Assembly: GCA_035627655.1 (NCBI GenBank)
Contig: DASPLI010000001.1
Coordinates: 24,265 to 88,264 of the forward strand
Origin: Minisyncoccota bacterium
Lineage (GTDB): Bacteria; Patescibacteriota; Minisyncoccia; Phycocordibacterales; Phycocordibacteraceae
Reading direction: 5' to 3'
Length of the DNA stretch: 64,000 nucleotides
Under the pieces are notes generated by a model that worked only from the letters and a program-made list of their open reading frames with translations, had not been told where the DNA came from and ran no database searches. The translations under genes and the position numbers were made by a program. This document shows, piece after piece, positions 19,082-28,252 of the stretch (position 1 is the stretch's first letter; each line of letters starts with the position of its first letter).

Positions 19082-20080
19082 CTAGCCACTCAAGGCCTCC
19101 GAAGCCTCCTTAAGGCGCTTAAGGAAGGCCTCGCGGGCTTTCGGCACGTTTTCCTCTTTGCCGCCCCATATATCAAGCGCCTCTACCTGGAAAGTTCGCG
19201 AGAAGGAGTAGGTCAGCGGCCAGGGGGCGCCCTGTGCCCGAGCAGCCCGGGAAATGGCGCGTAAATTTTCGATTGATTGCTCCGGCTCTTGCCCGCCCGA
19301 AAGAAAGACGATGCCGGCCACTTGCGACGGTATTGCTTCAAGGAGCGCACCAACCGTATCTTCCGCAACATCTTTTGGCTTATCGATTTTTTTGGAGCCC
19401 TTGCCGGTCATGGCCATAGAGGTCTTGATAATGAGTCCGGCCGGATCAACCGAATGCTCTTCAATGGCTTTCATAAGCGCCGAGAACATCTCGACCATGA
19501 CTTCGCGGCAGCGGAGGCGCGAATGCGTCCCGTCGTAGAGCACTTCTGGTTCAAGAATAGGAACCATGCCCGCTTCCTGCACACAACGGGAGGACATAGC
19601 AAGTCGTTTGGCGTTTTCGACAATCGCGTTTGCGGTTGGAAGCCGATCGCCGTCGATCGTGATCACGGCGCGCCATTTGGTAAAACCAGTCCCCTGGTTA
19701 TCGCGATAACTATGAAGACGTTTCGAGAGCCCCAGCAGACCGCCGGTGATTTTTTCTTTCGGGCTTTCGGGAATAGGTTCGGTACCAAGATCTACCTTAA
19801 TGCCAGGCACAATGCCTTTCTTGCTGAGGTACTTCGGGAACGATACGCCTTTGGCGGTTTCTTGCAGCAGGGTTTCCTCATGCAAAATGACACCCGTAAG
19901 ATAGTCCTCAATACCGGGCGTCTCCAAAAACAGACGCCGCATCGCAAGACGCATCTTCGGTCCTGGCTTCTCGCCGTGTTCCTTGAGGCGCTTATCGGCA
20001 CTTTCCGGACTCTCGTCCGCAGCGAAAATGCCTTTGCCCGGCGCAAACAACGCTTTGGCTGACGAGGAAAGATCGATCAT
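19082..20080 (-). CDS. fba: Class I fructose-bisphosphate aldolase.
   Basis: GKGIFAADESPESADKRL, GIKVDLG, the active-site Lys region IIKTSMAMTG, and IVFLSGGQ are the class I FBA signatures. The start is taken at MIDLSS... Confidence 0.85.
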   Translation of the reverse strand: MIDLSSSAKALFAPGKGIFAADESPESADKRLKEHGEKPGPKMRLAMRRLFLETPGIEDYLTGVILHEETLLQETAKGVSFPKYLSKKGIVPGIKVDLGTEPIPESPKEKITGGLLGLSKRLHSYRDNQGTGFTKWRAVITIDGDRLPTANAIVENAKRLAMSSRCVQEAGMVPILEPEVLYDGTHSRLRCREVMVEMFSALMKAIEEHSVDPAGLIIKTSMAMTGKGSKKIDKPKDVAEDTVGALLEAIPSQVAGIVFLSGGQEPEQSIENLRAISRAARAQGAPWPLTYSFSRTFQVEALDIWGGKEENVPKAREAFLKRLKEASEALSG

Positions 20081-20086
20081 ACCTGG

Positions 20087-21109
20087 ATGGTAGCACGTGC
20101 TACACTCCCTCCTATGAATCCTGTTGAATTTCTCGCGATCGGCGATACGGTGGTCGACGATTTTATCCGCCTTACCGATGCCAAGACCCATTGCCGCATC
20201 GACGACGACAGCTGCGAGCTGTGCGTACGCTTCGGAGACAAGGTGCCGTTCGAGTCTTCAACGGTAGTCTATGGCGTTGGAAATGCTGCAAACGCTGCGG
20301 TTTCTGCCGCGCGTTTGGGACTCAAAAGTGCGCTTCTGTCGCACGTCGGTGCTGATGATCGCGGCGCGAAAATTGTCGAGTACTTCAAGAGCGAGGGGCT
20401 GGTAACTGACTACGTAGAACAGGATCCGAACGTTCCCACCAACTACCACTACGTACTGTGGTATGAGTCGGAACGCACGATTCTCGTGAAGCAGAACGAA
20501 TACACCTATACGTTCCCCAAAGATCTCCCGCCTCCCAAGGGCCTCTACTTCTCCTCCATCAACCCGAAAGCAATCGAATACCGACAGGATCTGATCGCCT
20601 ACCTATCTGCACATCCGGATATCATCTTCACCTTCCAGCCAGGCGTCTTTGAAATAAAGAGTGGCGTAGAGGCATTCAAAGGCTTCTACGAGCACGCACA
20701 TCTCATGGTCTGCAATAAGGAAGAAGCAGAACGCATTCTCAACGTTGAACCAACTGATGATATTAAGTCGCTCCTTGCCGGACTACTCGCGCTCGGCCCG
20801 AAGCACATCATCATCACCGACGGCAGAAACGGCGCATACGCCTATGACGGCTCGCGTGCCTTCTTCGTTCCTATGTACCCTGACCCGCGTGAACCGTTTG
20901 AGCGCACTGGCGCTGGAGACGCATTCGCCTCATCCGTTGCTGCCGCACTCACGCTTGGCCACCCTATTGAAGAAGCGCTCTTGTGGGGACCGATCAATTC
21001 TATGGCAGTCGTCCAAGAAATTGGCGCGCAGAAGGGACTCCTTCGTAAAGAGGCGCTCGAGACCTATCTTGCACAGGCGCCCGAAAGCTATCGCGTATCT
21101 GAAATTTAG
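20087..21109 (+). CDS. PfkB-family carbohydrate kinase, ribokinase-like; a possible phosphofructokinase.
   Basis: N-terminal GD-containing motif and the C-terminal anion-hole GAGDAFASSVAAAL signature. It is divergent from fba. The start may be at 20114. Confidence 0.75.
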   Translation: MVARATLPPMNPVEFLAIGDTVVDDFIRLTDAKTHCRIDDDSCELCVRFGDKVPFESSTVVYGVGNAANAAVSAARLGLKSALLSHVGADDRGAKIVEYFKSEGLVTDYVEQDPNVPTNYHYVLWYESERTILVKQNEYTYTFPKDLPPPKGLYFSSINPKAIEYRQDLIAYLSAHPDIIFTFQPGVFEIKSGVEAFKGFYEHAHLMVCNKEEAERILNVEPTDDIKSLLAGLLALGPKHIIITDGRNGAYAYDGSRAFFVPMYPDPREPFERTGAGDAFASSVAAALTLGHPIEEALLWGPINSMAVVQEIGAQKGLLRKEALETYLAQAPESYRVSEI

Positions 21110-21321
21110 TTTGCCTTGAGGCGCTGCTGTTCGAGCTGTTCAAGGCGCTGTAGACCATAGTCCACGTCGTCTGAGCGATGTGCGTCTTCAAGTTGCGTAC
21201 GAACATACATATGTGCACGAACAATCAGGAGCGCTGCGAGCACGCCAACAAGCGCGATAAGCAGCAAGGCAAAAAACTGCTCAACCTTCGGCGGAATACG
21301 ATAATGGCGTTCAGCATTCAT
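21106..21321 (-). CDS. Small membrane protein of 71 aa.
   Basis: One TM helix (FFALLLIALVGVLAALLIV). Located between pfkB and the transketolase genes. Confidence 0.3.
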   Translation of the reverse strand: MNAERHYRIPPKVEQFFALLLIALVGVLAALLIVRAHMYVRTQLEDAHRSDDVDYGLQRLEQLEQQRLKAN

Positions 21322-21326
21322 GATAT

Positions 21327-22319
21327 TTAGGAGCGTGCAAAGGCGATTGCTACCTTTGTAATACCGCCAACATCAAGACCGTAGTGAGCAAGCAGCTCCT
21401 GCGGCTCGCCCGACTGGCCAAAGGAATCCTGCAGTCCGAGCCGTCGTACCGGCACTGGAAGCCGTTCACTCAGAAGTTCTGCAACCGCACCACCAAAGCC
21501 GCCGGCAACCTGATGCTCCTCAACGGTCAGCACGCGACCGGCGCGCTTTGCTGCCGCAATAATCGTCTCCGCATCAAGCGGTTTTATGGTCGGGACGTGT
21601 ATGACAATAGAACCGATTCCGTCTGCTTCAAGCGCTCGAGCGGCAAGCAGTGCGGTATAAGAAAGCGGACCGGTCCCCAAGAGCGCGACCTTCGGCTGTG
21701 CGCTCTCCCAGAGCGTGAGCGCTTTCCCAAGCACGAAGGGCGTCTGTGGTGTCGTAAACACGGGAACACCCGCTCGTCCAAAGCGAAGATATACCGGCCC
21801 AGGATGCTCGGCTGCCGCAACAACGGCTTTTCGAGCTTCTTCAGCATCTGCAGGGTTTATAACTGTCATGTGCGGCAGCATGCGCATCATGCCCACATCT
21901 TCAAGCATCTGATGGGTAGCGCCGTCAGGACCGACCGACACGCCCGCATGCATGCCGCAAACTTTGACCGGCAATTCATTGAGTGCTGCGGTCGTTCGAA
22001 TCTGTTCATAGTTTCTACCGGGAGAAAACGCTGCGTATGAGGCAATAAATGGAATCTTTCCGACAGCGGCAAGTCCTGCCGCAACCGTTGCCATATGCTG
22101 CTCGGCAACACCAACCTCTATATATCGATCGGGAAATTCTTTCTCGAACCACTCAGCACGTGTCGACTCCTTAAGATCGGCGCACACTACTACGACGTTT
22201 TCGTTTGCCTTTGCCGCTTCAACGGTGCCGGTACCAAAGCCGTCACGTGTCGGCTTCTCTGGAAGCTTGCTATCAAAGAGATTCTCTGCGAGTTGTGCGT
22301 CTTTTCTAAGCATACTCAT
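21327..22319 (-). CDS. Transketolase, C-terminal subunit.
   Basis: GTGTVEAAKANENVVVVCADL...EVGVAEQHMATVAAGLA...GATHQ carries the transketolase pyrimidine-binding and C-terminal domains. The start is taken at the internal Met, 13 nt into the upstream gene. Confidence 0.85.
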   Translation of the reverse strand: MSMLRKDAQLAENLFDSKLPEKPTRDGFGTGTVEAAKANENVVVVCADLKESTRAEWFEKEFPDRYIEVGVAEQHMATVAAGLAAVGKIPFIASYAAFSPGRNYEQIRTTAALNELPVKVCGMHAGVSVGPDGATHQMLEDVGMMRMLPHMTVINPADAEEARKAVVAAAEHPGPVYLRFGRAGVPVFTTPQTPFVLGKALTLWESAQPKVALLGTGPLSYTALLAARALEADGIGSIVIHVPTIKPLDAETIIAAAKRAGRVLTVEEHQVAGGFGGAVAELLSERLPVPVRRLGLQDSFGQSGEPQELLAHYGLDVGGITKVAIAFARS

Positions 22320-23163
22320 TGGTAATTTTGCCACCCATCGAGCGAATGGCTTTGAGGAACTGTTCACCTTCTTCTTTCTTGGGCGGCTTGCCGTGCCAAC
22401 GATAGTCGAACTCCATCTCAGGAACTCCCTTGCCTGGAATCGTGTGTGCGAGAATGAGCGTCGACTTCTCATGGATGGCGCGCGCCTCGTTTACCGCCTC
22501 AATGAATGCGCGAATATTGTGACCATCAACCTCGATGACATGCCAGTTGAACGCACGATACTTGTCAGCAAGCGGCTCAAGCGGCATCACATCTTCGGTC
22601 ATACCGTCAATCTGGATGTTGTTGCGGTCAATCACGGCCGTCAGATTCGACAGACGATACTTTCCGGCAAATAGAACTCCTTCCCACGTATTCCCTTCCT
22701 GCTGTTCTCCGTCTGACATGAGACAGAACACGTGATTTGGTTTTCCGTCCATGCGAAGCCCATAGGCCATTCCGCTTGCTTGCGAAAGTCCCGAACCAAG
22801 CGGTCCGGATGTCGTTTCTACCCCTGGAAGCTTGGTACGTTCCGGATGCCCCTGCAGTCGAGTGCCGAATTTGCGGAGCGTCAGACACTCTTCAACGGGA
22901 AAATAACCCGCATGCGCCATTGCGGCATAGCGAACCGGCGTAATGTGTCCGTTTGAAAGTACGAGACGGTCGCGCTCTTGCCACTCCGGGTTCTTGGGGT
23001 CGTGCTTGAGAATATGAAAATAGAGCGCGGCAAAAATATCAGCCATGCCAAGCGGGCCGGCGGTATGCCCGCTTCCAGCAGCAACGAGCATTTCAATCAC
23101 CGTTGCACGAATGTCGCGCGCACGCGATTCAATCGCGAGTATTTCTGTATCGGTAAGAGCCAC
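22306..23163 (-). CDS. Transketolase, N-terminal subunit with the thiamine-diphosphate-binding domain.
   Basis: AAGSGHTAGPLGMADIFAALYF...SNGH...GPLGSGLSQASGMAYG matches the transketolase N-terminal domain; here the enzyme is split into two genes. Confidence 0.85.
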   Translation of the reverse strand: MALTDTEILAIESRARDIRATVIEMLVAAGSGHTAGPLGMADIFAALYFHILKHDPKNPEWQERDRLVLSNGHITPVRYAAMAHAGYFPVEECLTLRKFGTRLQGHPERTKLPGVETTSGPLGSGLSQASGMAYGLRMDGKPNHVFCLMSDGEQQEGNTWEGVLFAGKYRLSNLTAVIDRNNIQIDGMTEDVMPLEPLADKYRAFNWHVIEVDGHNIRAFIEAVNEARAIHEKSTLILAHTIPGKGVPEMEFDYRWHGKPPKKEEGEQFLKAIRSMGGKITNEYA

Positions 23164-23177
23164 GAATTAAGTATACC

Positions 23178-23900
23178 TTAGGCGTACGTGCCGTACTGCT
23201 CGGCAAGCTGTTCAAATTGCGCAAGTTCTGCGACCACGTCATCCGACTTCCATAATGCACTCCCCACGACGAGTCGATTGACGCCGGCAGCGAGGAGTGC
23301 AGGCGCAGTCGTGAGCGAAACACCGCCGTCTACCTGCACTGGCACGTCTGGATGCGCTTTCTTGAAGGCTCGTATTTTTGCGAGGACACGCTCTTCAAAG
23401 TGCTGCCCTTGCGATCCAATCGTCTTGATGCCCATGAATTGCACGTAGTCGATGCGAGACAAAAACGGCTCAACTGCTGCAGTATCCGTATCCAGACTTA
23501 GAGAAAGACCGATCGAAAGGAGGTCCGGAGCGAAGTTCTTGCCGTGACCGTAGCACTTTTCAAAATCGTCAATAAGGCGAGCAAGAAACTGCGTACTCTC
23601 GACATGAATCACAACGCGAGTCGCTCCAGCGGTGACCCAGGCACCTGCGGACTCTTCAGGATCTTTGATCATCAGATCTACTTCGTACCGAAAACTTCCA
23701 AGCGCATGCAGCCCTCCCTCCTCCACACTCAACTGTGCGAGCTCCCCCGATCCTTCGGTATATGGCCAAGTGGCAGGTGCAGCAAAGTGTCCATCGACAA
23801 CATCAATCTGTACCGTGTCGGCGATATCACGCAGACGATTGAGTTTTTCGACTACGTCGGCTCTTGAGGGAGTAAGGATCGACGGGATGATGATACTCAT
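23178..23900 (-). CDS. rpe: Ribulose-phosphate 3-epimerase.
   Basis: IIPSILTPS...IDVVDGHF...VQVDGGV matches Rpe. The start is taken at MSIIIPS. Confidence 0.7.
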   Translation of the reverse strand: MSIIIPSILTPSRADVVEKLNRLRDIADTVQIDVVDGHFAAPATWPYTEGSGELAQLSVEEGGLHALGSFRYEVDLMIKDPEESAGAWVTAGATRVVIHVESTQFLARLIDDFEKCYGHGKNFAPDLLSIGLSLSLDTDTAAVEPFLSRIDYVQFMGIKTIGSQGQHFEERVLAKIRAFKKAHPDVPVQVDGGVSLTTAPALLAAGVNRLVVGSALWKSDDVVAELAQFEQLAEQYGTYA

Positions 23901-24337
23901 GGGCAAGCGACGCCGGTCCAACCAGTCGTCGATGTCTGTTTAACAATGCCACTACTGTCGATGCACCAGTGATCCGTGCTGGAACGGAGGCGAACCGATA
24001 TTGCGTAATTCTCGCCGTTCGTTGCGCATCGTGTTGCGCCACCACCTGCACGCTGTGCAGCCTGAATTGCATTGCGAAGCGTCTCGTTTGCATAAAACAT
24101 GCTCGTACCAGACGTCGGACAGGTTCCGGCAGTTACCGTTGACCCGTACGATCCGTTGATGCTCTGATGGAGTGCTGCCTGTACAGCTGCAGTGCGAAGA
24201 TTTGATTTCACTGCTGCATCATTTGCCTTGTCGCGCGCGCTTGCCATAGACGCAAGGATGATCGAGGAAAGCATCCCGATAATAGAAACTACCAGAAGTA
24301 GTTCGATGAGCGTAAATCCGCGAGAGCGTACAAACAT
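23897..24337 (-). CDS. Type IV pilin or pseudopilin with a prepilin-type N-terminal cleavage/methylation domain.
   Basis: MFVRSRG|FTLIELLLVVSIIGMLSSIILA: a short basic leader, G at -1, F at +1, E at +5, then a hydrophobic helix. The ORF-track start at 24367 is a TTG; the ATG at 24337 gives a canonical 7 aa leader. The gene overlaps the rpe start by 4 nt. Confidence 0.7.
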   Translation of the reverse strand: MFVRSRGFTLIELLLVVSIIGMLSSIILASMASARDKANDAAVKSNLRTAAVQAALHQSINGSYGSTVTAGTCPTSGTSMFYANETLRNAIQAAQRAGGGATRCATNGENYAISVRLRSSTDHWCIDSSGIVKQTSTTGWTGVACP

Positions 24338-24341
24338 ACGC

Positions 24342-24530
24342 TTAGAGGACGAGGAACGGATAGACAACTGCTACCACGAGAGCTACGACGATGAGGATAA
24401 TAAAGAGCTGCTTCGCACCCTCCTCGTCCCTTGCCCATTTAAGGTCGACCGCAAGCTTATAGAGACCTCGCGGCTGACGCATGCGTGGCTGCTGCGTCTG
24501 GGATTCGTCTTGAAATACAACGGGTTCCAT
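24342..24530 (-). CDS. Small hypothetical membrane protein of 62 aa.
   Basis: C-terminal TM helix (LFIILIVVALVVAVVYPFLVL). Lies between rpiB and the pilin gene. Support is weak. Confidence 0.25.
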   Translation of the reverse strand: MEPVVFQDESQTQQPRMRQPRGLYKLAVDLKWARDEEGAKQLFIILIVVALVVAVVYPFLVL

Positions 24531-24581
24531 AGGTACCAGTATACGGGTCGGATATCCGCCCCATCTTTGCTTAGTGGATAG

Positions 24582-25055
24582 CTATCCGAGCTTTTGAATT
24601 CGGCGCAGATGTCGTTCCTCAGGAGATACAGGGGCCCCGAGAAATCGCTCAACTGCAGTCTTTGCCTCCTCTGCTGTAAGGAATCTCGCGGCAAGAGAGA
24701 GCACGTTCGCATGATTGTGTGCACGCGTTGACTCCAGCATCGAGAGTGATGCGCCCTCCGCGTCAGTCTGCATGGTTGCAGGCTCTCCGTAAAATACCGC
24801 GGCACGCACGCCAGGGATTCGATTTGCTGCCATTGCTTCTCCCTGCCCAGAAGCGCCAATAACGATACCGAAGCTGCCTGGCGTCTGCGCAACTTTCTGC
24901 GCGCATGGCGTTACGAAATCAGGATAGTCGTCGTCCGATTGTTCTTCGTAGGCACCGCAATCCTCCACTGTATGGCCACGCTCCTGCAAAAAGGCCGTGA
25001 GCTCTGCCTTGAGCGCAAAGCCTGCATGATCGGCTGCGAGAAAGATCTTAGGCAT
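24582..25055 (-). CDS. rpiB: Ribose-5-phosphate isomerase B.
   Basis: MPKIFLAADHAGFALKAEL...GIVIGASGQGEAMAANR matches RpiB/LacAB. It overlaps gap by 8 nt. Confidence 0.85.
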   Translation of the reverse strand: MPKIFLAADHAGFALKAELTAFLQERGHTVEDCGAYEEQSDDDYPDFVTPCAQKVAQTPGSFGIVIGASGQGEAMAANRIPGVRAAVFYGEPATMQTDAEGASLSMLESTRAHNHANVLSLAARFLTAEEAKTAVERFLGAPVSPEERHLRRIQKLG

Positions 25056-26058
25056 TGCCAGCTTTGATAACGTGCTGAATCAGCGTACTCGTGTACCCCG
25101 CTTCGTTGTCGTACCACGAGAGTACTTTCACCAAATTTCCGCCGACAACGCGCGTCATCTGCAAATCTGCGATGGATGCATGAAGGTCGCCGATAATGTC
25201 GGAAGACACGAGCGGTTCATCTGTCGCCCGGAAAATGCCCTGCCAGCGGGCTTCTTTTGCCGCATCACGGAGTATCTGATTCACCTCATCTTTATTCGTG
25301 TGCTTCTTAGTCACAAACGTGAGGTCGACATAGGAACCGACGACAGTCGGGACGCGCACGGAAATACCATCAAAAAATGGAACACCTTCAACCGCCTTCG
25401 TGACGGAAATGGCCGCGCCCGTTGAAGACGGAACGAGATTTTGTGCTGCCGCCCGTCCCTCGCGCCAGTCCTTTTTATTCGGTCCGTCAACGATTGACTG
25501 ACTTGCGGTGTAGCTATGGATCGTATCGAGAAGCGCCTTCTCGATACCGAGCTTCTCTTCAAGGATTGCTACGACCGGACTTGCCGCGTTGGTGGTACAG
25601 GAACCGTTTGAAGTTACCGGGCAGGTCCCCATCTTCCCCTCGTTGATGCCCATGAGCACGGTTGCACCAAGCGACTCATCTCCCTTGCCTGGCGCTGAAA
25701 TAACCACACGTCGAGCACCGGCATCAAGGTGGGCCTTTGCTTTTTCAAACTCAGTAAAGAGACCGGTCGATTCGATCACGACATCGATGTTCATCTCCTT
25801 CCACGGGAGCGCTGCTGGATCCTTCTCGGAAATGAAGCGAATCTTCTTTCCATCAAGCACCAACGAGTCCCCGTCTATAGAGACGGAAAATGGCGCCCGG
25901 CGATAGACCGTGTCATAGGTGAGCAGGTACGCAAGATTCTCGAGAGAACCGAGGTCGTTTACCGCAACTACTTCGAGATCCTCGCGACCGAACGACTGCC
26001 GGATGAACTGTCGGCCGATACGCCCAAACCCGTTGATGGCGACGCGTAATTTACTCAT
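25048..26058 (-). CDS. gap: Glyceraldehyde-3-phosphate dehydrogenase.
   Basis: RVAINGFGRIGR, SNGSCTTNAASPV and WYDNEAGYT match GAPDH. The start is taken at MSKLRV; the upstream ORF extension is spurious. Confidence 0.9.
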   Translation of the reverse strand: MSKLRVAINGFGRIGRQFIRQSFGREDLEVVAVNDLGSLENLAYLLTYDTVYRRAPFSVSIDGDSLVLDGKKIRFISEKDPAALPWKEMNIDVVIESTGLFTEFEKAKAHLDAGARRVVISAPGKGDESLGATVLMGINEGKMGTCPVTSNGSCTTNAASPVVAILEEKLGIEKALLDTIHSYTASQSIVDGPNKKDWREGRAAAQNLVPSSTGAAISVTKAVEGVPFFDGISVRVPTVVGSYVDLTFVTKKHTNKDEVNQILRDAAKEARWQGIFRATDEPLVSSDIIGDLHASIADLQMTRVVGGNLVKVLSWYDNEAGYTSTLIQHVIKAGNA

Positions 26059-26087
26059 AGGAAAAGTGTAGCATTCGCGGCCCGTTT

Positions 26088-26918
26088 CTATCCCCACGCC
26101 GCGAGCCGTTTCAGCTGCGGTAGGCGCATCGTGAGCATGATATGTCCGAGGGACCAGGCATAGTAGTACGCCGGAAGAAAGACGTATTTGAGTGTATCGA
26201 CTGTATAGGTGGTGTAGGCAATAAATAGAGCGATGGTAGCGATCGTCACCGCCACCGTCTCGCCCCAATAGCGAAGAGATGTGCCTTTCATATGTGCATA
26301 GGTCCCACCGTACATGGTCCAATTAAAGACATGTAGCACGATGAGTGCCCCGAAGATATTTCCTGGGGCGCCAAGAATACTTGCAACAACCATTGAGAGC
26401 ACGACGACGATGAGCAGGTAGCGCTCCCCGTCCGTCCAGTGAGGACGCATAAAGAGCGTACGTGCAAGAATGAGCATCACGCCGACACAGAACAAAGTGG
26501 TGAGTAGGACCTCTTCTGAGAGGACCGTACCAGCAACGAGCGACCACAAAACCGCGAGCGCACCTAAAAAGGTGCACCACTGCGCAGCAGCGATAGACTC
26601 ACCACGAAGTTTGAACTCCCCGTAAATAAAGTGAGCGGCAAAGATGAAGGCGGTGAAGAGAAGGAGTGGAATGAGTCCTCCCCACCAAAAGAAGTAGGCG
26701 CTCGCGATAAGCAGGGCCACGAGACCTACCAGCACATACTGCGGCGTTACCTTTCCTGTGCGTCCATGATGTACGAGGGTAAGCACGAGGTGCGCCTGGC
26801 CAATAACCAGATAGGCGTTCAAGGTCCACTGAAACGGCATGAGGCCGAAGGAGAGGATAATGAGTGCCGCGACGATAAGCGCGTTACGTGCAGAGAGCGA
26901 TGGTACAAACGAAGCCAT
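26088..26918 (-). CDS. Hypothetical integral membrane protein with about 8 TM helices.
   Basis: Hydrophobic throughout, with no recognised motif. Confidence 0.45.
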   Translation of the reverse strand: MASFVPSLSARNALIVAALIILSFGLMPFQWTLNAYLVIGQAHLVLTLVHHGRTGKVTPQYVLVGLVALLIASAYFFWWGGLIPLLLFTAFIFAAHFIYGEFKLRGESIAAAQWCTFLGALAVLWSLVAGTVLSEEVLLTTLFCVGVMLILARTLFMRPHWTDGERYLLIVVVLSMVVASILGAPGNIFGALIVLHVFNWTMYGGTYAHMKGTSLRYWGETVAVTIATIALFIAYTTYTVDTLKYVFLPAYYYAWSLGHIMLTMRLPQLKRLAAWG

Positions 26919-26938
26919 ACAAGTATTATGAGCCTATC

Positions 26939-28252
26939 ATGCGCAGATTCCTGATAGGCATCACGCTGCTTTCGCTTCTCGTCATTGTAAGCACTCTTGC
27001 CTGGCGCACCTTTGCACGACCAGTTCTCTGTGACGCTTGTAGCGTTGTTGTTATTTCCCTAGACGCCGTCAACGCAACGTCTTTCGAAGAGGATATGCCC
27101 CTGCTTGCTGAGCGGGCGCGAGCATCTGGAGTAGTGTTTGAGCGCGCCTACGCTTCAACCAAGTGGGGGCTGCCGGGTACGGCGGCGCTTCTGACGGGCG
27201 AGTATCCGTGGGATCTTGGCATCTGGAATGACCGACGCGGTTTACCAAAGGATACCGACACGATCGCTACCGTATTTTCTGCATATGGATATACAACCGC
27301 CGCGTTTGCACAAGGACCCTTCATCGATCGAGCATGGGGCATGGACCGCGGTTTCCATGTTTGGGAGGCAGCAGCGGGCCAAACCAAAACCTATGAGACA
27401 GATGTCATCCCGTCAGCACGTGCCTGGATCACACAAACTCCTGAGCCGTATTTCGCCTTTATTCAACCGTATAGCCTCTACGAGCTGTTTGACGCAGAGA
27501 ATCAGGGCCTTGCTTTTTCCGACTTGCAACAAGCATACGCAGGCGACGAAGCTGCTGCGAATCGACTCAAAGACGGATACGCGCGCCGACTTGGAGAGAT
27601 TGATCAAGAATTGAATGCGTTTCTTGATACCGCCTTGGCTGGTGAGCGAGCGAAGAAAACTGTGGTGGTTATCACGGCAAGTTACGGACAAGATTTTATT
27701 GACACGCCAACCAAAGGCGTGGGCGGCGTAACCCTGCCCACACACCACGTACTCAACGTCCCGCTCGTATTCTTCATCCCCGACCAAAAACCTAAACGCG
27801 TAACGCCAAGTGTCGAGTCGCGCCACATGGCTGCAACTATTTTTGACATTGTTGGCGCAGACCACAGCCCACTTACTGGCGAATCGCTCCTTCCGTATAT
27901 GCGCGGCGGAGAAACAGAACAGCAAACTGTACGTGCGGCATCTTCCTGGGATCCTGCCGATACGCTCATAGAACCGCCCGCTGAATTCTACGCAAGTCTC
28001 GAGAGGCGCAGGCGCATTGTCCTGATCCCCGAGACGACGCAAGCCGCGCCGTATGTAGACAATGCAGCATACGCAACGATTCGCGGAACCTGGCAGCATC
28101 TGGAAACGACAAGTGGCGATACGTACCTCTTTAATACCCAGCGCGACCCGCAGGGACTTGAAAATCTCTATGGGCGTCTCAACACGCTTCCTCCACGAGA
28201 GCGATTGGATGCTCTTCTGTTCACCTCGTTTATCGAAAACCTCCAGCGCTAA
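26939..28252 (+). CDS. Sulfatase-like protein of the alkaline-phosphatase superfamily, lacking the canonical C/S-x-P-x-R motif.
   Basis: ISLDAVNAT...FERAYASTKWGLPGTAALLTGEYPWDLGIWN aligns by recall to the sulfatase AY-STSPVCSPSRASLLTGRYP region, with Gly in place of the Cys/Ser and Thr in place of the Arg. N-terminal signal/TM (LIGITLLSLLVIV). Confidence 0.55.
   Translation: MRRFLIGITLLSLLVIVSTLAWRTFARPVLCDACSVVVISLDAVNATSFEEDMPLLAERARASGVVFERAYASTKWGLPGTAALLTGEYPWDLGIWNDRRGLPKDTDTIATVFSAYGYTTAAFAQGPFIDRAWGMDRGFHVWEAAAGQTKTYETDVIPSARAWITQTPEPYFAFIQPYSLYELFDAENQGLAFSDLQQAYAGDEAAANRLKDGYARRLGEIDQELNAFLDTALAGERAKKTVVVITASYGQDFIDTPTKGVGGVTLPTHHVLNVPLVFFIPDQKPKRVTPSVESRHMAATIFDIVGADHSPLTGESLLPYMRGGETEQQTVRAASSWDPADTLIEPPAEFYASLERRRRIVLIPETTQAAPYVDNAAYATIRGTWQHLETTSGDTYLFNTQRDPQGLENLYGRLNTLPPRERLDALLFTSFIENLQR

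Noticed and set aside
19277-20062. ORF of 261 aa on the plus strand.
   Set aside because: It lies fully inside the well-supported class I aldolase gene on the opposite strand, and has no motifs.
21384-22040. ORF of 218 aa on the plus strand (Arg/Cys-rich).
   Set aside because: It is antisense to the transketolase C-terminal subunit. Its composition is typical of a GC-rich shadow frame.
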